The notes under the pieces: model-generated
The model's database searches: none
Told to the model about the DNA's origin: nothing
The model's input: only the letters and a program-made list of their open reading frames with translations
Part shown: in pieces, positions 27,858-36,674 of the stretch
Numbering within the stretch: the first letter of the stretch is position 1
Layout: each line of letters begins with the position of its first letter
Position numbers and translations under genes: made by a program
Source: a virus
DNA length: 64,000 nucleotides
Reading direction: 5' to 3' (one strand)
Virus record (IMG/VR): IMGVR_UViG_3300031787_000005

Positions 27858-28068
27858 TAAAATCGATTGAACTCTACATCCCAATAGAGAAAGCGCACTT
27901 CCCCCATCTCTGGGGGCAATCTCCTGGGCTCTAAAATCACATCAAAATCTCATGATGTAATCCCCTGTGAGAGGGATTTTTCATAATAAGTTAATATTTA
28001 GGATTTGTCAAGGTGCCAGTTTAAGAAGTGTCCACTCCTAAATAAGCTAGGTTTTCATCTTTAGAGCA

Positions 28069-28530
28069 ATGAAAAAGCTTCTTCTAGCCTTTTCGTTATT
28101 CTTTACTACTCCTGCTTTTGCTGCTGAAATTACATCAAAAATCGTTGATTCCGTACAACTAAGCGTCCAGGGTGCTGCGGTACAATCAAACAGAGTCGGT
28201 GCTCAATACACTGTCTCAGGCACAAACATTAACGTCACAACTCTTGGTGGAGTTGGTGGTGCTGGTTCTTATGCGATCAACACGAATGGTGGGGCATTTA
28301 CTTTCAGTGAATCTTCAATTACTGCTGATACTGATGTCACCAGTCAGTCGGCAGCTTCTGGAACAATTGCTGCTCCCAACCTTTATAGCGACTCTACTAC
28401 TCAGTTAGGTGGTTCGGCAGGTTCTCTTGCCGGAACTATCAATGCTACTGGTGTTCCTACTATCACCGCTGGTGGTCCTGGAAGCACTGGTACTGCTCAA
28501 AGAACCGTTGAGTTAAGCGTATTCAAGTGA
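28069..28530 (+). CDS. Secreted hypothetical protein (G/S/T-rich beta-type)
   Basis: Signal peptide MKKLLLAFSL...AFA; TAAATA late-type promoter near 28039. Confidence 0.75.
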   Translation: MKKLLLAFSLFFTTPAFAAEITSKIVDSVQLSVQGAAVQSNRVGAQYTVSGTNINVTTLGGVGGAGSYAINTNGGAFTFSESSITADTDVTSQSAASGTIAAPNLYSDSTTQLGGSAGSLAGTINATGVPTITAGGPGSTGTAQRTVELSVFK

Positions 28531-28889
28531 GACATATAACTCCCGTTTTGCTGCTAGCAGCGGGACTTATTTCTCCCTGCTATGCGGCACCAGTCACTCC
28601 TAACTTTACGAGTGGCACGATTACTTCTGAGACCAGAACTCGCACTGAGGTGGTTGAAGTTATCAAACAAATAGAATATACCACTGGGACATCTTATACT
28701 GTCACTGGTACTAATATCAACATCCCTGGAACACCTGCTCCAGGAGCGAACTACACAATTCAAACGCAAGGTGCTCCGTTCCAGTTTAGTGAAACTCACT
28801 TGACTCCTGGAATTGCGAAAGAAACATGGATAGATCGCAAAACGATAGAAGAATCTACCACAAATTCTTTATCTGTCTTTACACAATAG
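28527..28889 (+). CDS. Secreted hypothetical protein
   Basis: GTG start overlapping the upstream stop; signal peptide. Confidence 0.7.
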   Translation: MRHITPVLLLAAGLISPCYAAPVTPNFTSGTITSETRTRTEVVEVIKQIEYTTGTSYTVTGTNINIPGTPAPGANYTIQTQGAPFQFSETHLTPGIAKETWIDRKTIEESTTNSLSVFTQ

Positions 28890-29422
28890 TATTCTCTGGA
28901 ACAGCATTTGCTCAATCTGCTCCATCAAATACAAATATTGCAGGACCCTCAGCATCTGCCACTGGTAATGTAACCAACCAGGCAGTCCAGGTGCTTCAGG
29001 GCCCTTTTGCTGCAAATAGTTATGGAGGTGGAGTTGCCTGTCAGGGTCCAACACTGAACTTACAAACCTTTGGTTACAATAGTCTTGCGGGCAGTACAGA
29101 TCCAACAACATATCAAACCAATTCATTTAATGGAGGACTCTCTGCAGGGTTCGCTATACCTCTTGATGGGTCTTTCCAAGAACTTTGTAAGGCAAGAGTC
29201 AGAACTGAAATCACAAGGCAGCAAGCAGAGGCAGATAAGGCACGACTTGATTTTGAATTAGTTCGTTTACTGAAGTGTGGTGAGGCAATCAAGTCAGGTA
29301 TCAGTTTTCATCCAGAGAGTCCATACGCAAAAATATGTGCTGATGTCGTTGTTAGGTATCCAAAAGTACAAGATGTAGTCAATGGAAATAAAACCAATCA
29401 GGTCTCCGTCCGTAAGAATTGA
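28826..29422 (+). CDS. Hypothetical protein, Cys-containing, probably secreted
   Basis: ORF track; start uncertain. Confidence 0.65.
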   Translation: MDRSQNDRRIYHKFFICLYTIVFSGTAFAQSAPSNTNIAGPSASATGNVTNQAVQVLQGPFAANSYGGGVACQGPTLNLQTFGYNSLAGSTDPTTYQTNSFNGGLSAGFAIPLDGSFQELCKARVRTEITRQQAEADKARLDFELVRLLKCGEAIKSGISFHPESPYAKICADVVVRYPKVQDVVNGNKTNQVSVRKN

Positions 29423-30062
29423 CGGACCACCAGTTATTTCTACGATAGAACCTCCTGTAACTCAGAGAGCACAGAGGTCTGTGATACCTGAAATTGATAT
29501 GCCGATTATTAATATGCCCGATACGACTATCAAATATCCTGTGATTGATGTTCCCACACAGGAAGAGTTTGATGCTGCGGTAAGAGCAGAACGAGAGAAA
29601 CAAGAAGAAGAAAAACAAGAGAAGACCAGAGGACTTCCAGACACTACCCCCACCCCCCAACTGCCTCCAGTTGTTCAAACCACCCAGGATAATCGGGTTA
29701 TTTCCGATGATGCCCCCAAAACTAACCTAGGAGTACCCGTCATTGAAGTACCAATCATCGGGGAAGTTCCCATCCCACCTAAAGAGCAAGTTATTCTTGC
29801 TGGCACCACTGCTACTGCTTCTGTCGCTGCGGCTCTTGTTGGGAAATCTGTGGTGGAATGGTTGGTAGGTAAAATGAAACCTATCGTTCAACAGATATTT
29901 GTAAGGGGTAAGAAACTCTTGAACAGAGACCTTACCCCATATGAACTTCAAGTGTTCTTTGCCTTTGAAAAAACTGCTTCTCTTAAGAAAGTTAATAAGT
30001 TGCTGAAGAAAGAACAGAAGAAAGAGAAAAAAGAACAATACAAAAAGTTTCACGAGAAGTGA
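29382..30062 (+). CDS. Hypothetical Pro-rich membrane protein
   Basis: ORF track; transmembrane segment ATASVAAALVG. Confidence 0.7.
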   Translation: MEIKPIRSPSVRIDGPPVISTIEPPVTQRAQRSVIPEIDMPIINMPDTTIKYPVIDVPTQEEFDAAVRAEREKQEEEKQEKTRGLPDTTPTPQLPPVVQTTQDNRVISDDAPKTNLGVPVIEVPIIGEVPIPPKEQVILAGTTATASVAAALVGKSVVEWLVGKMKPIVQQIFVRGKKLLNRDLTPYELQVFFAFEKTASLKKVNKLLKKEQKKEKKEQYKKFHEK

Positions 30063-30066
30063 TTAC

Positions 30067-30360
30067 TTATCCAAGTTCTCCAAGTGCCTTTGCCTTACGA
30101 ACTTTATTAGGTCTTAACTTACCACCTGGATAGTTTCTTTCATCTGATGCTGAACCACGATCATCGTCTGGATCTACATTAGCACGATGCCTTGCTGCTC
30201 TCTCGGGAGAAAGTCTATCGGTATGAATATCCTTTCTGCGGTTAGGAGCAATCTTATCTGCTGCTCTCTTTTCCTTTTGCTTCTGACGACTTCTTTGTTG
30301 CTTGAAGGCTCTCATATCCATACCTTCAACAACTAACATAAACTCTTGAAAGGTTTTCAT
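30067..30360 (-). CDS. Basic hypothetical protein (MKTFQEFM type)
   Basis: ORF track; TAAATA late-type promoter just upstream. Confidence 0.7.
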   Translation of the reverse strand: MKTFQEFMLVVEGMDMRAFKQQRSRQKQKEKRAADKIAPNRRKDIHTDRLSPERAARHRANVDPDDDRGSASDERNYPGGKLRPNKVRKAKALGELG

Positions 30361-30376
30361 ATCTTTATGTTTTTAG

Positions 30377-30793
30377 TTATTTAGTTTTTCTCTTTTCCAA
30401 TAATACACTAAAGTTTTTATCTTTTGTTCCACCATCATACGCAAGAGCATATCCAGCATCAATCATCTGTTCATTTAGAGATGTTGCTTCACTATTGATA
30501 TACAAGTGCCCAATGATTCTTCCATACTTCTCTGTGCTGTCTGGAAGTTCGGTCTTGATAAGAATATCTTTAGCACCTTCAAGTTTTTTCTTCAACCATT
30601 CTTTTGATTCAAGACCCATTGCCTTCTCTTTGAGATCCGTTGTTCTACTTTCTGGAGTATCAACCCCAGCAAGGCGAATTCTTTTTTCTAAACTAATATC
30701 AAACCCCAAATCTATTGACGCATCTATCGTATCACCATCAACAACTTTATGAATTTCTTTAATTCTATAAATGTATGGGTCTTTGCTTTCCAT
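30377..30793 (-). CDS. Thermonuclease (SNase) family nuclease
   Basis: VVDGDTI, RIRLAGVDTPE, KYGRIIG, NEQMIDAGYA. Confidence 0.9.
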   Translation of the reverse strand: MESKDPYIYRIKEIHKVVDGDTIDASIDLGFDISLEKRIRLAGVDTPESRTTDLKEKAMGLESKEWLKKKLEGAKDILIKTELPDSTEKYGRIIGHLYINSEATSLNEQMIDAGYALAYDGGTKDKNFSVLLEKRKTK

Positions 30794-31005
30794 TAGAATA
30801 ACTTAATACCAGGCAAATTATTTAGTTTGGGGATAGGAAGTTTCTCAAATGCTTTATTGACTTGTTTCTCTACAACAGCACCAACGAACTCTTCTGGGTT
30901 GTCCAGAATCTTCTGTGCTTTTTGATAAGTCACATAAGCACCATAACAAAGTGCTCCACTAATGAGAAGGCTTGTCGTCGATAGAATGAGTGCTAGGTTC
31001 TTCAT
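30793..31005 (-). CDS. Small membrane protein
   Basis: ORF track. Confidence 0.6.
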   Translation of the reverse strand: MKNLALILSTTSLLISGALCYGAYVTYQKAQKILDNPEEFVGAVVEKQVNKAFEKLPIPKLNNLPGIKLF

Positions 31006-31113
31006 TTTTCATTTCCTCATTTGCTAGTCGTAATATGTAGTAAATGATATACAAAACAAAGATAAGTCCTGGACCAAGAATCGCCATCACTCCCCAAGGA
31101 AATTCTTGAGGCA

Positions 31114-31860
31114 TTAGAACTTACCTTCTACACAATAATCCGCTTTTTTATTTGGCGTATATTCCTTATGTCCTTCTTGGGGTTTCATCCACCCACACCC
31201 AATCAACCATTCCATCGTCATCGGAGTGGGTCTTACCTGCTCCCAGAGTGGTGCTTTGGCACACATTTCTAATCTTTGTGCAGTTACATTAGATTGTTCC
31301 TCTGCCCAGTTTGCATCTGCTTCCCAAGGCACGGCACGAGACATACCCATACTCTCATAAGCAAGACGAGTTGACTTCATCACCCAAGAAGGAATCTCGT
31401 TATCCTGATGAACCTGTGCCATAAAAGATGTTTTGAGTCCACCACCCATACAATCCTGAACGACATGCCATCCTTCGTGTCTCATCGTTCCTAGAAACTC
31501 TCTAGGGTCTTGAAGGAGAGATTCGTTTACATAAAACCTATTATACTCTGGTTTATACAGACCAACTGTTCTTGGTGTGAAATATCTTGGAGGAGCGACA
31601 TAAACAGGAACTCCAAGTTTATCAAGTCCAGCAAGAATCTTTTGTATTTCCTCTCTGAACGCATCAAACTCTTTTCCTTTAATCAATGTAGAATCTACGG
31701 TAAGTTTTTCTACACCCTCAGTGCATTCCAATAAAATCATACAACCCATCGCTGCCAGACTATATGCTGGAACGGTGGGTTGTTTCTTAACTATTGTATT
31801 AGCACTTGTAGGTAATGCTAAAGATAATGACAGACTAATTGCTGTAAGAAGTTTTTTCAT
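31114..31860 (-). CDS. Secreted putative zinc metallopeptidase
   Basis: Signal peptide; TMRHEGWHVVQDC HExxH motif; WEADA. Confidence 0.65.
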   Translation of the reverse strand: MKKLLTAISLSLSLALPTSANTIVKKQPTVPAYSLAAMGCMILLECTEGVEKLTVDSTLIKGKEFDAFREEIQKILAGLDKLGVPVYVAPPRYFTPRTVGLYKPEYNRFYVNESLLQDPREFLGTMRHEGWHVVQDCMGGGLKTSFMAQVHQDNEIPSWVMKSTRLAYESMGMSRAVPWEADANWAEEQSNVTAQRLEMCAKAPLWEQVRPTPMTMEWLIGCGWMKPQEGHKEYTPNKKADYCVEGKF

Positions 31861-32057
31861 TCATTCCACCAACCTTCTTCTTTATGTATCCACACTTTTA
31901 GGTCTTTTACATACTTTCTTAAGGTTTCTGCTTGAGAGAGATGCCACTCATCACCTGTCATGAGATGCTGTCGCATATGTTCATCGACAGCATCCAGACA
32001 CTTCTTAATTATCGGGTTCCAGGGTTCCCGAATAGGAGTGTTCCATTCTCTTGGCAT
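31857..32057 (-). CDS. Hypothetical protein
   Basis: ORF track; overlaps the next gene. Confidence 0.65.
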   Translation of the reverse strand: MPREWNTPIREPWNPIIKKCLDAVDEHMRQHLMTGDEWHLSQAETLRKYVKDLKVWIHKEEGWWNE

Positions 32058-32063
32058 AATACC

Positions 32064-32186
32064 TCATTTTTTCTTGCCACCATTTTTTGCTTTGTTAGCG
32101 TTGGCATTACCAGAATTCTGCTTTTTATTATTAGCAGAACCTGCTCCACCAGAACCTTTCTTACCTTTGTTTGCGGACTTTGCCAT
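32064..32186 (-). CDS. Very basic low-complexity 40-aa peptide (MAKSANKGKKGSGGAGSANNKKQNSG...)
   Basis: Manual translation; SD (GGAG) upstream. Confidence 0.6.
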   Translation of the reverse strand: MAKSANKGKKGSGGAGSANNKKQNSGNANANKAKNGGKKK

Positions 32187-32533
32187 TATGCTCCACCAGT
32201 ACGTGGTTGAACTTGTCCTTCTTCCAGAGCTTCTACTCTTGCTTCAAGAGTTGGTTCTGCAGCAACTTCTTCAGGTGCTGGTGGTTCTGGAGGAGCTTCT
32301 ACAAACTCCTCTCTTTTTGGTTCTTCTTTCTTTTCATCTTCTTCATCACCACCTTTTTTCATTGTATTGATGCCAAAAGTAGCAGCAGATGCAGTGAAGA
32401 CTGTTGCAATGAATGTTGGGTCCATCTTAGATAGAGTACCAGCATAACTTGCAGTAAGGAGAGCCGCAGACCAACCCAAAATACATATACGAATTAGTTG
32501 TCCCATAGCATTTTCGTTTTTCTTATTAGTCAT
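32186..32533 (-). CDS. Two-TM membrane protein with acidic tail
   Basis: ORF track. Confidence 0.7.
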   Translation of the reverse strand: MTNKKNENAMGQLIRICILGWSAALLTASYAGTLSKMDPTFIATVFTASAATFGINTMKKGGDEEDEKKEEPKREEFVEAPPEPPAPEEVAAEPTLEARVEALEEGQVQPRTGGA

Positions 32534-32567
32534 CAGTCCGTGTGATGATATCCTTTATATTTAGGAA

Positions 32568-34175
32568 TTAGAACCTAAATTTAACATTTGCGGACACTGC
32601 TGTGTTGCTCACACCATTATTAATCTGATGAACTCCTTGAATGCTGACGATTTCTTTATAGTCAAGAGTTGCTGATGCTTCAATCGCATTATCAGTTGCA
32701 TAAGAACCTTCAACACTTACACCAAACAAGTTCTTTTTCTTACCACCGAAACGAGTTTCAAGTCTTAAACCTGCTTCACCAACATTATATGTTTCATTGA
32801 CACCTTCAACACTTCTTGCTGATTGTGATGAACCAGTTTCCGTGAATGCGTTTCTCTTATAGTTGCGAATAGTATGCCCAACGAAAGGAGTTATGTTCTT
32901 ATGAGCGTGAATGAATACTCTGTTGCTAACCCACCATTCTTGTCCAGCAGTCTGACTTTCGTTATTGAAAACTCCAGCAACATTTCTGGAAACATTGTAG
33001 TTGTTTTGAGCAAGACCAGCATTCGTCAGAAGTGATAAAGTATTACCTCTGAACATATTGAAGACACCATAGTGACCCTTCATCAGTTTGGAAGTGCTAT
33101 CTGAACCATTCAGATTCAGAGTTACATTATTATACTGACCACCAATCGTCCAGGTTGGTTTGATATCAATTTCTACACCACCACCATAGATGAATGAAGT
33201 TCCAGAGTATCCATTCTCCCCTTGTGACCAGGCATAGTAGTTCTTGCTGAAGACTCTAACCTTTTCTTTTGATTGAGATGGTTCGTGGTTGAGAAGTCCT
33301 TGTAATGATTCACCCATCTTATCCATAACTTCGTGCTGATCTACACGACCATAGAAGTCAGCATATTCGTGTGAAGTCGCAACTGTGCTTGCTTGTGATG
33401 TGGTTACAACAGCAGTTCCATTTGTAACAACAGTTGAGTTATCACTATAAGTATCAGTTGTGACTGGTGTTGTGGTGGTGGTTGTAACAGAAGTGGTTGT
33501 TACATCAGTTTGAGTGTGACGATTAACTCTTTGTCTTCCATCATCTTCTGTTGCTGCGTGAATAACAGTTGTTGCGGATACTGGAGCAAGAACAGCGACC
33601 GATGAAACTACATTATTAACTGTGCTAGAACTGACCAGAGTTGGTGTTCCCCCAGTTTCGTAAATGTCTAGAACACCATTCTGGTTAGCATCACCAGAAA
33701 GTGCTGCTGCTGAAAGACTTACGGTGCTGGAAAGAATCACACTATCCATAGGCATCCAGTTGACTGTTGGAGACCCAGCAGCATTATATGTGAATTGATA
33801 ATCACCAGCAGAAAGTCCAGTAAAAGTTACACCTTGCCAAGCATATGATGTTTGTATGTTGGTATCATAGGGAACTAATGTAGAACCATTGGAAGTAAAA
33901 TAATTTGTTCCAGGAATCAATCCGTCTGGTGTTGTTGCTGACAGTAAAGACCAGTTTACAGTTGTCGCAGAAAAAGCAGTTCCGTTGATACCTTGTAAGG
34001 TTAAAGTTCCTTCATTAAAGTTAGTTCCTGGATGCCAGTTACCATACCAGAATGTAACTGACCCGTTGCCCCCACCAACATATCCTATAGAGTTGGTGTG
34101 TGCTAATGCTGCTGTTGGCACTCCAAGAAGAAGCGCAGACGCTGCAGCCAGCGCCTTTTGCGTTAAGGTGGACAT
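32568..34175 (-). CDS. Autotransporter-like outer-membrane beta-barrel protein with Thr-rich linker
   Basis: Signal peptide, beta-rich passenger, TTT-rich stalk, amphipathic beta strands, terminal VKFRF. Confidence 0.7.
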   Translation of the reverse strand: MSTLTQKALAAASALLLGVPTAALAHTNSIGYVGGGNGSVTFWYGNWHPGTNFNEGTLTLQGINGTAFSATTVNWSLLSATTPDGLIPGTNYFTSNGSTLVPYDTNIQTSYAWQGVTFTGLSAGDYQFTYNAAGSPTVNWMPMDSVILSSTVSLSAAALSGDANQNGVLDIYETGGTPTLVSSSTVNNVVSSVAVLAPVSATTVIHAATEDDGRQRVNRHTQTDVTTTSVTTTTTTPVTTDTYSDNSTVVTNGTAVVTTSQASTVATSHEYADFYGRVDQHEVMDKMGESLQGLLNHEPSQSKEKVRVFSKNYYAWSQGENGYSGTSFIYGGGVEIDIKPTWTIGGQYNNVTLNLNGSDSTSKLMKGHYGVFNMFRGNTLSLLTNAGLAQNNYNVSRNVAGVFNNESQTAGQEWWVSNRVFIHAHKNITPFVGHTIRNYKRNAFTETGSSQSARSVEGVNETYNVGEAGLRLETRFGGKKKNLFGVSVEGSYATDNAIEASATLDYKEIVSIQGVHQINNGVSNTAVSANVKFRF

Positions 34176-34273
34176 AAAAATACAGTGAGTTTGTGGTTTG
34201 AGATTCCCTAGAACCTACAAATCACAACTCACTGTGGTGAAGTTGTTTTCAACTCAATGGTTGAAACTATTTA

Positions 34274-34504
34274 TTACTCTTCTGTTGTTTCTGCTTCTTC
34301 TGTTACAGGTTCTTCAGTTTCTGCAGGTGCTTCGCTTGGAATAGGAACTCCAATTTGATTCAAATATTCGATTGCACCTTGAACTTTCAAAAATAAATCT
34401 CTTTTAGAAGATGATTGCTCCTGTAAGTTTGCCAAATCAGAACTCAATTGTTTTGCCTGATTATACAGGTTTAACATATGAGATGTTTGTTCTTCCGTAG
34501 CCAT
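34274..34504 (-). CDS. Small coiled-coil hypothetical protein
   Basis: ORF track; KVQGAIEYL. Confidence 0.65.
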   Translation of the reverse strand: MATEEQTSHMLNLYNQAKQLSSDLANLQEQSSSKRDLFLKVQGAIEYLNQIGVPIPSEAPAETEEPVTEEAETTEE

Positions 34505-34535
34505 AATTTTTAATAGAAAATAATTTTCACACTAT

Positions 34536-35204
34536 TTATCCTTTTTTCCAGGACTCACCTTCTGCTTTTCTTCTACGGGCAAGTCCTGCTTCTACATTTG
34601 AACCAGGATTGCGATAAAGGAATAAAGCATCAGGAACTTGGTCCCACTCTTTATTCTTCAGGCGTTTAGTAATAGTATTAAAGTTATCACCACCGTAAAA
34701 ACCGGCACCAAGATTATAAGCAAAGCTGAGCAGAGCTCCTCTTTTCCCATCTGACATTTCTCCCCAAAAAGGTATTTTACGAAGTGCAGGAAGAAACTCT
34801 TTCTTGCACTGCTCAATGAGAAGTGCATCTGCTTCTGCCTGTGTTAATGTGTCACCCATTTTAAATGGTGAACCATCTTTCTTACGAGTGGAACCCCAAC
34901 CGATTGTAATTGGAAGTCCACCCGTGAGAGGGTCGGGATATGCCTTAAGATGACATCCTTCAAACTCCTTAATTAATTTGATGCCCATCATTGGGACATC
35001 ATCACCACCTGTTACAGGAGCTGCAGCAGCAGGGGTCACTGGTGCAGCACTAGTCTTTTTTCCGCGAAAGATCTCCGCCCAATCAGCATTATCTTCCAGA
35101 TATTTAACTGGTAGATTATCTTCTAACCACTGAACTGCCTTGACATGATTTGGATTTCTTTCATCATAGAACTGAAAGAAATTATGTAGATCAATTTTTG
35201 CCAT
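34536..35204 (-). CDS. Lysozyme (GH24) with N-terminal accessory domain
   Basis: LIKEFEGC.L.AYPDP...TIGWGST catalytic region; ALLSFAYNLG; GLARRRKAE. Confidence 0.9.
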   Translation of the reverse strand: MAKIDLHNFFQFYDERNPNHVKAVQWLEDNLPVKYLEDNADWAEIFRGKKTSAAPVTPAAAAPVTGGDDVPMMGIKLIKEFEGCHLKAYPDPLTGGLPITIGWGSTRKKDGSPFKMGDTLTQAEADALLIEQCKKEFLPALRKIPFWGEMSDGKRGALLSFAYNLGAGFYGGDNFNTITKRLKNKEWDQVPDALFLYRNPGSNVEAGLARRRKAEGESWKKG

Positions 35205-35328
35205 TGTTGCCTCCGAAGTATTTTTGATAAAGTTGATTTGCTTCCACGTGCTTGCCGTGATTTGTCAGATCTTTAATTCTTTGTAAGATCTTCCTCTTAA
35301 AATTAATCGAAAATTCTTCCCCATCCAT
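35191..35328 (-). CDS. Small hypothetical protein (MDGEEFSINFKRK...)
   Basis: ORF track, trimmed; start approximate. Confidence 0.5.
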   Translation of the reverse strand: MDGEEFSINFKRKILQRIKDLTNHGKHVEANQLYQKYFGGNNGKN

Positions 35329-35974
35329 CGTTTCCTCCTGGACACCAGCGGTGCTTAAGAACTGCTTTGGTGTAAATGGTCTTCTTACCATTTGTTACTG
35401 GACCAGTATAATTATCATTTAATGAACCATAAGGATCATTTACAAAATATCCCTTTCCGTCTGGGGTTTTACCAATGACGACACACATATGCCCACCAGT
35501 AGGAGCAGATAAAGAACCCCTATGCAAGATACCAATAACAACAGGTTTCCCAGCATCGAGACTTTTATCAACGTCAGCAAAAGAAAGATTGTAACTAAAG
35601 TGTGACTTAACTCCATAACCTGCAAGTACCTTCGTTTGTACCGCATGGTCCGTAGTATCGCCAATCGCAAATACTTTCTTAACGTATTCGTCATCGCCTT
35701 TAATTGAACCTGGCTTAAGGAATGCCAAGCACATTGCACACGATGAACTATTGCAAGTTCTATGTGCATCTCTGTAGTTATCTACTTGGTTGAAATAAGG
35801 AACTTCTAGAACAGCAGGTGTAGGTGGCTTGGTTCTATACATTCCAATCCAATCAGTTTCTGCATCATCCAGAAACTCAGCAGGTAGGTTATCCTCTAAC
35901 CATTGAACTGCTGCAACATGGTTTGAATTCTTTTCGTCGTAAAATTTAAAAAAATTGTGAAGGTCTAGTGTCAT
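35303..35974 (-). CDS. Peptidase C39-like protein with N-terminal accessory domain
   Basis: VPYFNQ, CNSSSCAM (Cys), GGHMCVV (His), VNDPYG (Asp). Confidence 0.85.
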   Translation of the reverse strand: MTLDLHNFFKFYDEKNSNHVAAVQWLEDNLPAEFLDDAETDWIGMYRTKPPTPAVLEVPYFNQVDNYRDAHRTCNSSSCAMCLAFLKPGSIKGDDEYVKKVFAIGDTTDHAVQTKVLAGYGVKSHFSYNLSFADVDKSLDAGKPVVIGILHRGSLSAPTGGHMCVVIGKTPDGKGYFVNDPYGSLNDNYTGPVTNGKKTIYTKAVLKHRWCPGGNDGWGRIFD

Positions 35975-36152
35975 CTCCCTCTCCTATGAACTCTAATGAG
36001 AAAATATCATGATCTAGAATTTCTGGATTCAACCATTCACTAAATTCAGATTGAATCGCATGGGCATCTTCAATGTTCTTTTCACAGAGAGTATGAATGC
36101 GGTCAACTGCCCAATCATGTGTTTGGCGAAGAGTCTTTTCCAAAGTTTCCAT
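35946..36152 (-). CDS. Hypothetical protein
   Basis: ORF track. Confidence 0.65.
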   Translation of the reverse strand: METLEKTLRQTHDWAVDRIHTLCEKNIEDAHAIQSEFSEWLNPEILDHDIFSLEFIGEGDDTRPSQFF

Positions 36153-36564
36153 AATCTTTTCGCATATAGCGTCCTAGGATATTACTATTGTAATACGCAG
36201 GCGTTCCATCGTCAAGAGACTCGATCAACACATTATTTAGGAAAAGCTGTTTGGTTTCTTCGTAGTTGCATTGTCCTTTTGTTTTGTGGAGGCTAAGGAT
36301 TGTTCTGCTAAACAAATTTTTTCCCCAAAGCTTAACGTCATCTTTGAGTTCAGGACAGGAGCCGTAATATGCTTTCCAATCGGACTCTGACTTAACCTTT
36401 CTAGATTTTCCTCTTGGTGTGCGGAAAGACCAGAAATACTTTCTACCAATATAACTACGACCAGTTTTATCGCAGTGTATATGATAAACAAAACCAAAAT
36501 GATCTTGAATATGATCTGAATCAAATACTTCCCCATTGTAGAGCCAGGGATTTTCATAACTCAT
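36115..36564 (-). CDS. GIY-YIG-type nuclease domain protein
   Basis: GFVY...SYIGRK; YYGS; E...L...YYN.NI. Confidence 0.8.
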   Translation of the reverse strand: MSYENPWLYNGEVFDSDHIQDHFGFVYHIHCDKTGRSYIGRKYFWSFRTPRGKSRKVKSESDWKAYYGSCPELKDDVKLWGKNLFSRTILSLHKTKGQCNYEETKQLFLNNVLIESLDDGTPAYYNSNILGRYMRKDYGNFGKDSSPNT

Positions 36565-36612
36565 ATTAAAGTATCTTATGAGCTATTATTTATCTTCAAC
36601 GCTAGCAAAGCG

Positions 36613-36652
36613 ATTCTAGCAATAAAAAAGGGGGTTTGTCAATCCCCCCATT
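36613..36652 (-). promoter_or_regulatory. Terminator-promoter module (TTGACA-18-TAGAAT)
   Basis: Minus strand GGGGGATTGACAAACCCCCTTTTTTATTGCTAGAAT. Confidence 0.7.
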
Positions 36653-36674
36653 TTTTAAGTTTAATAATTTGAGA

